DNA from: Camelus dromedarius
Taxonomy: Eukaryota
Assembly (NCBI RefSeq): GCF_036321535.1
Contig: NC_087437.1
Location: 56,794,001 to 56,858,000, forward strand
DNA length: 64,000 bases
Direction: 5' to 3'
A program made the translations under genes and the position numbers. Of the stretch, positions 54,250 to 64,000 are shown in pieces (positions within the stretch are counted from its first letter, which is position 1; every line of letters begins with the position of its first letter). Below the pieces are notes generated by a model that searched no databases, was not told the DNA's origin, and saw only the letters and a list, made by a program, of their open reading frames with translations.

Positions 54250-54460
54250 CATAAATGTTCTTTCACCTACACATTATTACAAATACTAAACAGGATGAAA
54301 AGGTTATGCATGAATCAAGTCAATCCTCTTAAAGCTCCTCTGAGGTGAGAATTACTCCTCACTTTACTAACACGGAAAATGAAGTTCATGTTAAATGACC
54401 CACACCCAAGGTCAGACAATTACTAAGGCAAAAATGAGTCTCAGATCCAGTTTTTCAGTT
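54250..54460 (-). mobile_element. MIR SINE
   Basis: caatcctcttaaagctcctctgaggtgagaattactcctcactttactaacacggaaaatgaag...cccaaggtcagaca. Confidence 0.7.
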
Positions 54461-54769
54461 TGCTCTTGGCATTCCTTTCTCTTCGCGCTCTGCAGATTTC
54501 CAAATGCTTCTATTTTTAAGGAAATAAAAGTTTACTGAGACTTCTCATTCAAAAAGGATGGCTTGAGGGAGTTCTAAGTGCCACGTACTAAGTGGGGAAG
54601 TCAAGCCCACTCTGTTGTAGTGGACACCCCGTGATCTCCTCCCAGCAGAGCAAGGCTTCCCACTGTAACCAGTGGTCAGACTGGCCACCAGCAGGCCTGA
54701 TCCAGATCGTAGATAAGCTTTAGTTGGATTTATAGTGTTTTATTAGTACAAAAATTCCTAAGTGCAGAA

Positions 54770-55620
54770 ATGAGACACCTTTGCACTTACTACACAGAAT
54801 TGACAAACGTAATCTTTTGACATGTTGGCTTTAAAATATGTACATAGATAAAACCTGAGTCCCTTATGTTTCTTCCATAATCTTATTTACTTCCCACTCT
54901 CCCCAGAAGCAATCATAGTGATTAATCAAGTTCCGTTGGTTTATATTTTAATTATATGTATAGATTTCAAAATAAATGAAATTGCTTTGTGTTATTTCCA
55001 ATTTAGGTAAATGGTAGCATGCCATATGGATTTTTCTGGAACTTCTTATTTCCCCTCAAATCTGTTTCCTTAAAAATCCATTCATATAAGTACACATAAT
55101 ATTTAGGTCATTTGTTTGGAGTAGATACACATATATTTAAATTGCTTGCTTTAAGTCCACAGTATGAATATACGTCAGTTGATAAATCCGTTTCCTCTTG
55201 AGCAAGGTAATGGATTGATTGGGTTGGTTGGACTAATTCAGTTTTTACTACTATAAGCAATGAGACTGAACTTTCAGATATATGTCTTCCTATAAATTTT
55301 GGCCCATTTTTGCTTACTTGTGTGTCTCTTTTTAAAATTTTACTTATCAGAGTTACTTAGATGTTCCAAATGCTAATCTTTCTTTTCTATATCTGTTGAA
55401 AATATATTCCACCTGTAATTTGTTTTTGTTGTAATTTATTATATCTTATCATGCAGAATTTTTTGATTTTGATATAATTAAATTTTTAAATGTTTTCTAT
55501 GAGATCCACCTTTTGAATCTTGCTCAAGAAATCCTAACATACTGCAAGGACATAAAGATATTATCCTACTGGATCTGTGGTGTTTTTTGAAATTTTGAAT
55601 TTAATTACTTTTAAACATGG
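54770..55620 (-). mobile_element. Ancient L1ME-type fragment
   Basis: ccccagaagcaatcatag...ggtaaatggtagcatgccatatg...cttttgaatcttgctcaagaaatcc...aggacataaagatattatcct. Confidence 0.65.
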
Positions 55621-56032
55621 CACATTTTCTCTTGTTCGCCATAGACCCTACCAGGCCTCAGACTCTCATACCTAGCCAATCTAACACATTTCCCTTAGGT
55701 ACATGACTTTGTGATCTGTGGATTAGACAGTCAAAGAATAAAGTTACACAAACTAGATTTCTCAGCTGTGGGTTACTTTGAATTAAATTATGATTTTGGC
55801 TTTACAACCTGAGTCTAGGTTTCCATGAAAATGAAGCCTTGATAGAATTCATTCTGGAAGATTGACATCTTCTATTAAACGTAATTTAAGTTTTCCCAAG
55901 GTGCACTCCAGCACATAGAAGCTGAATAATTTAGTTTATCACCTGCCTATAGCAAGCTTTATAGTTTTTGTTTTCTACCTTTGTATGTATGCCAAACTAG
56001 TAAATGTGAACCCTGATGCATGTGCCCCTTAG

Positions 56033-56131
56033 ATGCTGGACTGGAGATTGGCAAGTGCACATTCTATCCTGGCTTTGACGGTGATTCTCTGGAGCTCAGG
56101 AAAAGTGCTCTCAGTGGATGTCACGACAAAG
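56033..56131 (+). CDS. OSTN: Osteocrin (musclin) coding exon 2: signal peptide and start of proregion, [33 protein letters not shown]
   Basis: Acceptor ccccttag|ATG, donor AAG|gtaatg, 99 nt (phase 0); translation matches the mammalian osteocrin N-terminus [14 protein letters not shown]...WSSGKVLS. Confidence 0.97.
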
Positions 56132-57819
56132 GTAATGGAAACTAGCTTAAAGGACCATATATTTCTTATAAACATTAGCCATGTTTATCACTGTTAGAAA
56201 CAGGTGCCATTGACAACTAGGGAGATGCCTTGATAATACAAAATAAAGAAAATAGACATTTCTTTCTATGTCTTGTTCTCACTGTGGATTCAGAAAAAGC
56301 CAGGTATCTGAATGTTAAAATGAAAAAAACTAGAAGTAATAACAAAGATTTGTATTCCATAAACCAAAAACGATAAGAGAAAATTCATTATCATTTCAGC
56401 CATATTTATAATTAAGTCAGTTGCATAAAGATGAAGTGCTTTTCTGTAAAGTTTGAATTTGTTTATATGTCAACATTTGAGTAGTTTGGCCAAAATTTTA
56501 TCACTGTACAAATGTTTTCTTGCTGCCAAGACTAAACTACAAAGGAAATGAATTGTTAGGACATCTCCACCCAGAGAAAAGTTAACTTGGCTCATTGGAT
56601 CTCAGTAGAAACATACATTCTTTGTACTTCTTAAGTAACATAAAGTGGGAGTCTGAAATGCATTTTACTGAAGGATGAATTTTATACAAGTTTTGTGGCA
56701 TTTTTTGCTGAGGATTAAGAATATCTTTAAAAAGAAAAAAATATCTACTTTGTATGTATGTCAGTTGGAAGAATGAACACATTTTTTTGGAGGAAACTCT
56801 GAGAGATAAAAAAAGATCTTGTACCTTTGCCCTTTGAAGTTTTGTCTGCTGCTCTTCAGAGTTTCTTTTTCGTGATCATAGCGTCCTTCCCCTCTTCAGT
56901 TTCTTGTTGCCAACCTTATATGGGGAAGTGACAGAAGCTGGGATTTTCAGAGGAGTTTGGAACCATATTGTGGACTTTGCACTGTAAATAACAAATTGCT
57001 ATAGAGATTTTTATTTTCTCTTTATCTGATGAAAGTAATGGTTGGGGATAACTTCATGGCAGCATTCAGGATAGATTAGAAAAGACAGTGAGAGAGGAGA
57101 TAAATAAGTTATAAGGTGATGGCGAGTGTACACTAATCAGTTAAGAGGGTCTGATATAAATCATTATCGATGTGAATCAGAAAGAGCAGGGCAAGAGGGG
57201 TTTTCCAGGAAGAACTGGCCAGACTTGGTACAGATTTGGTTGGTTTAGGAAAGAGGAAGCTCACTAACTTTAAGTCTCAAGAACTTTGAGGCCAACTCTA
57301 AGTGTTCCGAACAAGAACTGTTTGAGCAGATGATGAAAAGGCTACGAAAGTGCTAGTCTTTCATTTTATTGGGGGGGGGGGGAAAGGAACAGAATAGAAA
57401 GAGAATGAAATAAATAATTTAAACAGAAAAAAGGAAGTGAAGACTCTTACCAAAACCGAGTCTGACAAGAATGTGACCAAAGAGGAAAAGGGAAGAAAAG
57501 AACCCTGTGGTTAACGTTTCTACCCACAGAGGAACATTCACAGGCTCCTGGGAAAGAAGTCACATCTCCTGGACTATAGAATAACTCCAGATCGTTAATA
57601 GGAGCATTTTTTAAAATGCTCTGATTGGTCCTAAGAAAGGAAAAGACAGGCTCACAAACTGGACACCTACATTTTTATGACTTGAATGACATGTCAAGTG
57701 GCAATATGTGTAAATAAATAAATAAACAAGAAATTTGACATGGAACAATAAAATCATTGGGCTAGCTTTGCCTTATCACAGACACTCACAAATAGTTGTT
57801 AATAAATCATGTGGGTGGA

Positions 57820-58615
57820 CAGAATGGCCATCATTAAAAAGTTTACAAATAATAAATATTGCAGATGGTGTGGAGAAAAAGGAACCCTCCTACACTGTTG
57901 GTGGGAATGTAAACTGGTGCGGCCACTAGGAAGGACAATATGGAGATTCCTTAAAAATCTTAAAGTAGACTTTTCATATGCTCCTGCAATCCCACTCCGG
58001 GGCATATATCCTGAGAAAAATATGATTCAAAAAGACACATGCACCCTAATGTTCACAACAGCATGATTTACAATAGGCAAGATGTGGAAACAACTTAAAT
58101 GTCCATTGACAAGATGATGGCTAAAGAAGATGTGGTATATTTATACAATGGAACACTACTCAGTCGTAAAAAAAGAATAAAATAATGTCATTTGCAGCAA
58201 CATGGATGGACCTAGAGAGTATAATAGTAAATGAACTAAGTCAGACAGAGAAAGACCAATATCATATGATGTCACTTATATGTAGGAATCCAAAAAAAAA
58301 AAAAAAAAGACCCAAAAACCCAAATTTGATTTACAAACCAAAATTAGACTCACAGACATAGAAAACAAAGTGTGGCTACCAAGGGAGACAGGGGGCGTAG
58401 TGATAGATTAGGAGTTTGGGATTAACAGATACACATTACTATATACAAAATAGATAAACCACAACAATCTACTGTATAGCACAGGGAACTGTATTTAATT
58501 TTTTGTAATGAGCCATAAAAGAAAAGATACTGAAAATATATGTATGTATGTAAATGTATAACTGAATTGTTGAAACTAGCACTGTAAATCGACTACACTT
58601 CAATAAAAAAATAAG
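57820..58615 (+). mobile_element. Lineage-specific L1 3' ~0.8 kb in OSTN intron 2, with TSD
   Basis: ORF2 C-terminus ([20 protein letters not shown]) plus 3' UTR and AATAAA at 58602; TSD aataaatcatgtgggtgga (57801-57819) and aataaatcacttgggtaga (58616-58634) match at 16/19. Confidence 0.95.
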
Positions 58616-58784
58616 AATAAATCACTTGGGTAGAGATGCTAAGCTCCCTTAGGGCAGAGACTGGATTTTGCTCATTATTATATCTCTTGGGTGTAATGCA
58701 GAGCCTCCTCGCTGGATTTAGTGGCTTTAATCAATAAGGAATGAATGAGTGGCAAAAAGAAAATAGCATGAGGTTAGATATTTT

Positions 58785-59070
58785 TCAGAATTTATTCAAC
58801 AAATATTCATCAGGAATTTACAAGTGCTAACTATGAGCAAAATATTGGGAGAGGCATTGGATAGAGACTAATTAGACATAGTCTTTGCCCTCAAGTTAGT
58901 CACAATCTGATACGCAATACAATTACATTGCAGCCGATCTAATACAAGGGAAAATGTAATGAATGCAGTCAGTGATGCAAGAAGTGTAGGTACAGTGCTA
59001 CGGGAGTGATAACGAAGGAGGCAGCTGTTACTGGGAAAGAATCTGCAAGACAGATTAGTTAATGTACTAA
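58785..59070 (-). mobile_element. L2 3' fragment
   Basis: tttattcaacaaatattcat...gacatagtctttgccctcaag...cacaatct. Confidence 0.7.
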
Positions 59071-59110
59071 ATTGGAGAGGCAGGCCTGGAGTACATGCTT
59101 TTTTTTTTTC

Positions 59111-59112
<2 letters not shown>

Positions 59113-59150
<38 letters not shown>
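59113..59150. repeat. (TG)19 microsatellite, OSTN intron 2
   Basis: Read directly. Confidence 0.97.
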
Positions 59151-59154
<4 letters not shown>

Positions 59155-59352
59155 GTTTTCTTTTAATTTCCTCTGGATATACTTCATCTCTATGTGTTTT
59201 TGTCTCCCAAAGTCTTTCCCTCTGGAGCATAACTCCATGAGAAGTCAAGTGTCATGATAGGCATGTCAGCCAAAAATAGCAAAAGCCAAATGCAGTTGAT
59301 CGTACAGATTTTCTTTCTCTTAATGAACGGGATCACCCTTCCCACCCGCTAG

Positions 59353-59567
59353 GCCTTTGATTCTGGAGTCACGGGTGTTCAGTCGCCACCCACAGTCAGG
59401 GAAGAGAAATCAGCCACTGATCTGGCAGCAAAACTCTTACTTCTTGATGAACTTGTATCTCTGGAGAATGATGTGATTGAAACAAAGAAGAAAAGAAGCT
59501 TCTCTGGTTTCGGTTCTCCCCTGGACAGACTCTCAGCTGGCTCTGTGGATCACAAAGGTAAACAGAG
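59353..59567 (+). CDS. OSTN: Osteocrin coding exon 3: [71 protein letters not shown](R); gene continues beyond the window
   Basis: Acceptor cccacccgctag|GCC, donor GAG|gtaaga, 215 nt, in frame with exon 2; contains the KKKR processing site (59485-59496) and the natriuretic-peptide-like motif FGSPLDRLS (59509-59535). Confidence 0.98.
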
Positions 59568-59627
59568 GTAAGAGACCTCTTGGAGAAGGAACATTTTCTA
59601 TCTCTTCCACTCTGGGTTCAGAAATGT

Positions 59628-59845
59628 TACTAACTACTATATATAAAATAGATAAACAACAAGTTTCTTCTGTATAGCACAGGGAACTAAATTCAATATC
59701 TTGTAGTAATCTGTAATGAAAAAGCATATGAAAAGGAATACATGTATGCATACATATGACTGAAACATTATGCTATACACAAGAAATTGACACAACGTTG
59801 TAAACTGACTATACTTCAATAAAAAACAAAGCTAAAAAAAAAAAG
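59628..59845 (+). mobile_element. Lineage-specific L1 3' end ~60 nt into OSTN intron 3
   Basis: actactatatataaaatagataaacaacaag...gcacagggaact...actatacttcAATAAA (59818-59823) plus an A-rich tail. Confidence 0.92.
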
Positions 59846-60194
59846 AAAATTCAATGAAACCCTGGTAGGTAAACAGATTTAAAAGTGTGTTAGCTAATTC
59901 TGAGTTTCATGGCATCATATCTTGGAAGTAGCTGTTTAGGGGTCAAAATGACTGCCACGGTATGTGTTAATATGTTTGTCCTAATGTTTTCTGAGGGAGA
60001 TTCTGCTGCGTGCAGATATGAAATAGTTGCTATAAGACATAACAGCATTTGGCAGGGGGGAACATGTGTGCTCTGACATAAATGTTCTGGTCAACTGAGT
60101 TTTTTAGTTAATAGAAATAACCAGAATACCATTTTTATTTTTACCCATGATACAAAGCTTTCCAAATGATGTGAGTAAGGCCACTCCCCTATAC

Positions 60195-60400
60195 TAAGAA
60201 GTAGTGAAGAGCTCTCAGAACCTGGAGTCAGAACACATGTGTTTAAGTCAAATTTCTGATCATTTCTAGCCATGTGATTTGTATAAGAATCCTATCCTCT
60301 GTGATCCTCAGCTTATTTGTGTGTAAAATGGGGATAATTACTTGCCTCCATAAAAAAATCAAATGAGTGTGTTGTAAACTGTTAACCATTATAACTGAGT
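60195..60400 (+). mobile_element. MIR SINE
   Basis: ctggagtcagaacacatgtgtttaagtc...tcctcagcttatttgtgtgtaaaatggggataatta. Confidence 0.8.
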
Positions 60401-61449
60401 TAGAGTCATTAACTTTCATTACTTTAATCATTGACTGTCAGTTGTTTAAAGCAGTCATTCAAACTGAATTCATTTCCTATCCCCTCAATATCTGTTCCTC
60501 GTGCTGTACATTTCATATCAGCACGAGCACAAAAGACCACCCACTGACCATAGTCTGGAATTTGGGGAATTTACTGGGATTCCTTTAGCTCACCTTAAAC
60601 ATTCCAGTGTTCACAAAATTCTCTTACTCTTATTTGTTTTATATGTGAAATATCTTTCACTTTAAGGCTGTCCGAATTCTGGTCTAAATCATCCTTTCCA
60701 CATGTCTTCTTTCTCCAGTCTTTCCTCATCTCTGCTTCCACCCCCCTGCCCGCCCCTTTATCACCAGTGTATCCTTTACTTTGCTGCCAGGGGATCAACT
60801 CACACAAAAATCTGTTCAGGAAATGTTCCCATTACTTACAAGACAAAAGCAAACTCCTTAAGGAAATTCTGTGAAGAATTTCATAATCCAGCACTTAATT
60901 TCTTCATGCACTCGTCTCCACATCACTGCTTGAGTTGCGCCTTGTTACGGGTAGCTCCAGAACTTGCCGTGCTTATCCCTGGTCCATGACTTTACTCTGT
61001 TCCATGTTTCTTAGCATACAGGATGCAATTTGCTAGACTTCTGTTCTGAAAGGGTCTTAAAGCTACAACAGGAAATAAAATCATCACTTTGGGACTGTAA
61101 TTTATCCTACCTGTACTTGAAACAAATCCCACACCTGTATCTTGAAATTCAGACCCTCGTTTATTTGAACAAATTCAAACGTGTTCCACTTATGTTTTAG
61201 GCACTGTGGTGGGTTATGTTGTACAGAGTCAAAAAATAGTCTTTGCCCCTCAAAGAAATCATATACCAATAAAAAACATGGAAATACTTATAATGAATTA
61301 TAACATAAAGCAAGAAGAGATATGTTTAAAGGCAATTTATAAAGAAGTCCATGGAAATCCCAAATATAAGTGAAGAAAATATTATGCCTTCTAATAAATA
61401 TTACTTGCAACATAGTCTACTAAACTTGAGCCTTGCAACATAGTCTACT

Positions 61450-62520
61450 AAATAATTTGAAAATCAACATATAAATGTTAATGTAAATATGTATACATGA
61501 ATTTATAATAGCATATAAGCATATACACCAAATTGTATTGCATAAATATCATAAATATATATAAACTACATTGAAGTTTCATCATAGTTTCATTAGGAAG
61601 TGTTATAAAGAGAGACTACACTAGAAGATATAGTTCGAAAATAGTTCAGCTTTCAAGAAATAAAGGGAAATTGGCAAGCATTTAATATGCACTTGAATAG
61701 ATTTTCACATATAAAGGCTAAAAATAAACTATTATAAACAAGCAAAAATTAGAGAATATTGTTCTCATGAGCACTTCCTGAGTAAGCTACTTAGACGAAT
61801 TTCTTCAGACAATCAAAATGACTGGAGAAATATTATCATAAGAATTGGTTTGAGCATAACTTTAGAATTAAATTCAAATGATAGTTGCAAAAAAAAAAAA
61901 AAGAGCTCCCAGTGTTATAGGTATACAGTCTGACAATATAGATACAGCAAATTATCAAACAATTCAGGGACAATAGTGAGAGCTTATAAAAATTTGAATG
62001 AGTTTTTGATTGTTTCGTGGCTATTAACTGGGAATAAAGGGATATTATTACCACAGATAGTTGCTTGGGGACATGGAGAAGAAGGAAAAGAAAAGATTAC
62101 AAACTAAGTTTAGTGAATCTTTTACTAAAAAAATAAAAGACAAAAACTGAAAAGAAAGGTGACCAAGTTTTTTATATAAAATATGAATACAAAAAATAAC
62201 CGTAAGAATAAAAATAAAAATTTTCCTATAAAAAAGAGAGCAACATAAAATAAGACAGTGAAAAACTATATGTGAAAGAATCATGTATAAATATAACCTT
62301 TAAAATATGATGAATTCAAAAAATATTGATCATATCAATAAATGTAAATGTAATTAACACTTATTTTCAAATTGGCTGATAAAGAAAAATTCAACTTTTA
62401 TGCATTTAAGTGACACAAGTAAAAACAAAGAGCTTTAGAAAGATTGACAATAAAAGAATGGACTAATTATATAAGAAAAACATATAAATTAAAAATGAAA
62501 GAGAGCAACAATATATATCA
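61450..62520 (+). mobile_element. Decayed HAL1/L1M fragments
   Basis: A-rich; aaattagagaatattgttctcatgagcacttcctgagtaagctactt and tttcaaattggctgataaagaaaaattcaact motifs. Confidence 0.5.
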
Positions 62521-62530
62521 AAGGAAAACG

Positions 62531-62675
62531 CAGAGAACTACATTCAATATCTTGTAGTAACCTATAATGAAAAAGAATATGAAAATGAGTATGTGTATAT
62601 AGGTATGACTGAAATATTATGCTGTACACCAGGAATTGACACAACATTGTAAACTGACTATACTTCAATAAAAAA
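62531..62675 (+). mobile_element. Short lineage-specific L1 3' end
   Basis: cagagaactacattcaatatcttgtagtaacctataatg...actgactatacttcaataaaaaa. Confidence 0.9.
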
Positions 62676-63126
62676 GAGAGAAATGATAGAATTAGTAGAT
62701 GAGGTAGAAATTCCTCTTTAAAGAATTATTTCAGCTAGTAAATGAAGAAGGAATGATAGTATTAGAATGTCTATTTGGCAATCTCTAATGAAATGATGGC
62801 TCTAGACAGTGATCATCAATTTCTGCTGGCATCACAAGAAGAAAAATAGCAAGTCATTACATGCCCCCTGATGGAAGAACTCAATACTACCTATAAAACA
62901 GAACTGCAAAAAAAAAAAAAAAAAAAGTCCAAGAAGAGATGGAGGGGGAAGGGGATCCAAGAGATTAAATAGGTTTAAGGGATTTATTAACCAATCATAC
63001 TTTGGGGGGGAGGTCCTAGTTCAAACAATGATATGTTTTAAAATTAACATATATGAGGCAATGGTGAACTGTGGCTACTTGATGATTTTAAGTAATGATT
63101 GTTTACTTTTAAATATGTTTACTTTT

Positions 63127-63603
63127 TGAAGTAGGTCAGGCAGAGAAAGACAAATACTACATATCATTATATGTGGAATCAAAAAAAATATAAATGGGTA
63201 TAGCTCAAGTGGTAGAGCGCAAACTTAGCATTCACAAGGTCCTGGGTTTGAGCCCCTGTACCTCCTCTAAAAATAAACACATAAATTACCTCCCCACTCC
63301 AAAAAAAATACAAACAACTTTAAAAACAAAAATTTTTTTTTAAAATACAACTGAGCTTATTTACAAAACAGAAACAGACTCACAGACATAGAAAACAAAG
63401 TTATAGTTACCAAGGTGGGTGGAGGGATAAATTAGGAGTATGGAATTAATAGATACTCACTTCTATGTATAAAATAGATAAACAACAAGGATTTACTGTA
63501 CAGCACATGGAACTATATTCAATATCTTGTAATAATGGAAAAGAATGTGAAGCTGTACACCTAAAACTAACACAATATTAAAAATCAACTATACTTAGTA
63601 AAT
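63127..63603 (+). mobile_element. Lineage-specific L1 3' end with TSD, containing a SINE
   Basis: gtcaggcagagaaagacaaatac...cagactcacagacatagaaaacaaag...; TSD aaatatgtttactttt (63111-63126) and aaatatgtttaatttt (63604-63619). Confidence 0.9.
63197..63341 (+). mobile_element. Vic-1-type SINE nested in L1
   Basis: ggtatagctcaagtggtagagcgc (A box)...ggtcctgggtttgagcccctgtacctcc (B box)...aattacctcccc; TSD-like aaaatataaatg and aaaatacaactg. Confidence 0.92.
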
Positions 63604-64000
63604 AAATATGTTTAATTTTAAATTATTATTTAATTTTAAAATACTGTTTACTGTTAAATATGATCACCAGAAATTAATGATCATTGTCTAGAGCCATCAT
63701 TTCATTAGGGTTTACAAAATAGAGATATTCTATCATTCTTTCTTCATTTATTAGCTTAGAATAATTCTATAAAGGGGAATTTCTACCTCATCCACTCATT
63801 CTGTGGATGAGTTACATTAAAGTTAGATTTATTGTCATTTAAATATTTAGTTGAAGGTATTTTTCTAGGATTTGCTTCAAAATAACGCAGGAGTGGGAGT
63901 GGAATAAATTAAGCAAGACCTGCCATAATCAGTAATTGTTAATTTAGAATGATGCACACGTAAGAGTCAGTTATTCTATCCTATTTTGGTCCGTGTCTGA

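Larger units (their letters stand above)
62686..64000 (+). mobile_element. L1MC5-like 3' region, interrupted by a younger L1+SINE and containing an internal inverted duplication
   Basis: cagctagtaaatgaagaaggaatgatag...cctgatggaagaac and terminal gatttgcttcaaaataa...gcaagacctgccata...gtaattgtt. Confidence 0.7.

Noticed and set aside
56810..56930. Possible minus-strand exon of an antisense lncRNA (human has an annotated OSTN-AS1)
   Set aside because: Stops in all frames, weak splice signals; an antisense transcript cannot be supported from sequence alone
57809..58066. 85-aa ORF with a CCHC-like motif ([17 protein letters not shown])
   Set aside because: C-terminus of L1 ORF2p in a 5'-truncated insertion
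59477..59677. 66-aa ORF overlapping OSTN exon 3
   Set aside because: Different frame from OSTN, non-ATG start, and it runs into intron and L1 sequence
63197..63270. tRNA-like sequence (also at the four other SINE heads)
   Set aside because: Followed by the SINE body/tail and flanked by TSDs; a retroposed SINE, not a tRNA gene
1..64000. CRISPR arrays, operons, rRNA or other prokaryotic/viral systems
   Set aside because: Sequence is CpG-depleted mammalian DNA with no regularly spaced repeats, long ORFs or intact retroviral genes

Overview
AT-rich mammalian genomic DNA, most likely from a camelid, because it carries five Vic-1-type tRNA-derived SINEs. The window holds the 5' part of the osteocrin/musclin gene (OSTN) on the + strand. 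This comprises a TATA promoter (44269-44276), a non-coding exon 1 (~44299-44365), coding exon 2 (56033-56131, signal peptide [33 protein letters not shown]) and coding exon 3 (59353-59567, AFDSGV...[29 protein letters not shown]). The last coding exon lies beyond the window. The supplied ORF track misses both OSTN exons in their true frame, and none of its ORFs looks like a real gene. The first ~43 kb is intergenic and dominated by L1, L2, MIR, ERVL/MaLR LTR and DNA-transposon relics. I found no evidence for a wholly new biological system. The best leads are: degenerate MEF2-like sites about 0.6 kb upstream of the TSS, where primates evolved an activity-dependent OSTN enhancer; a sense L1 poly(A) signal just past exon 3 that could yield a truncated osteocrin; local direct and inverted duplications in introns 1 and 3; and several palindromes. 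TE boundaries and subfamily names were judged by eye and are approximate.
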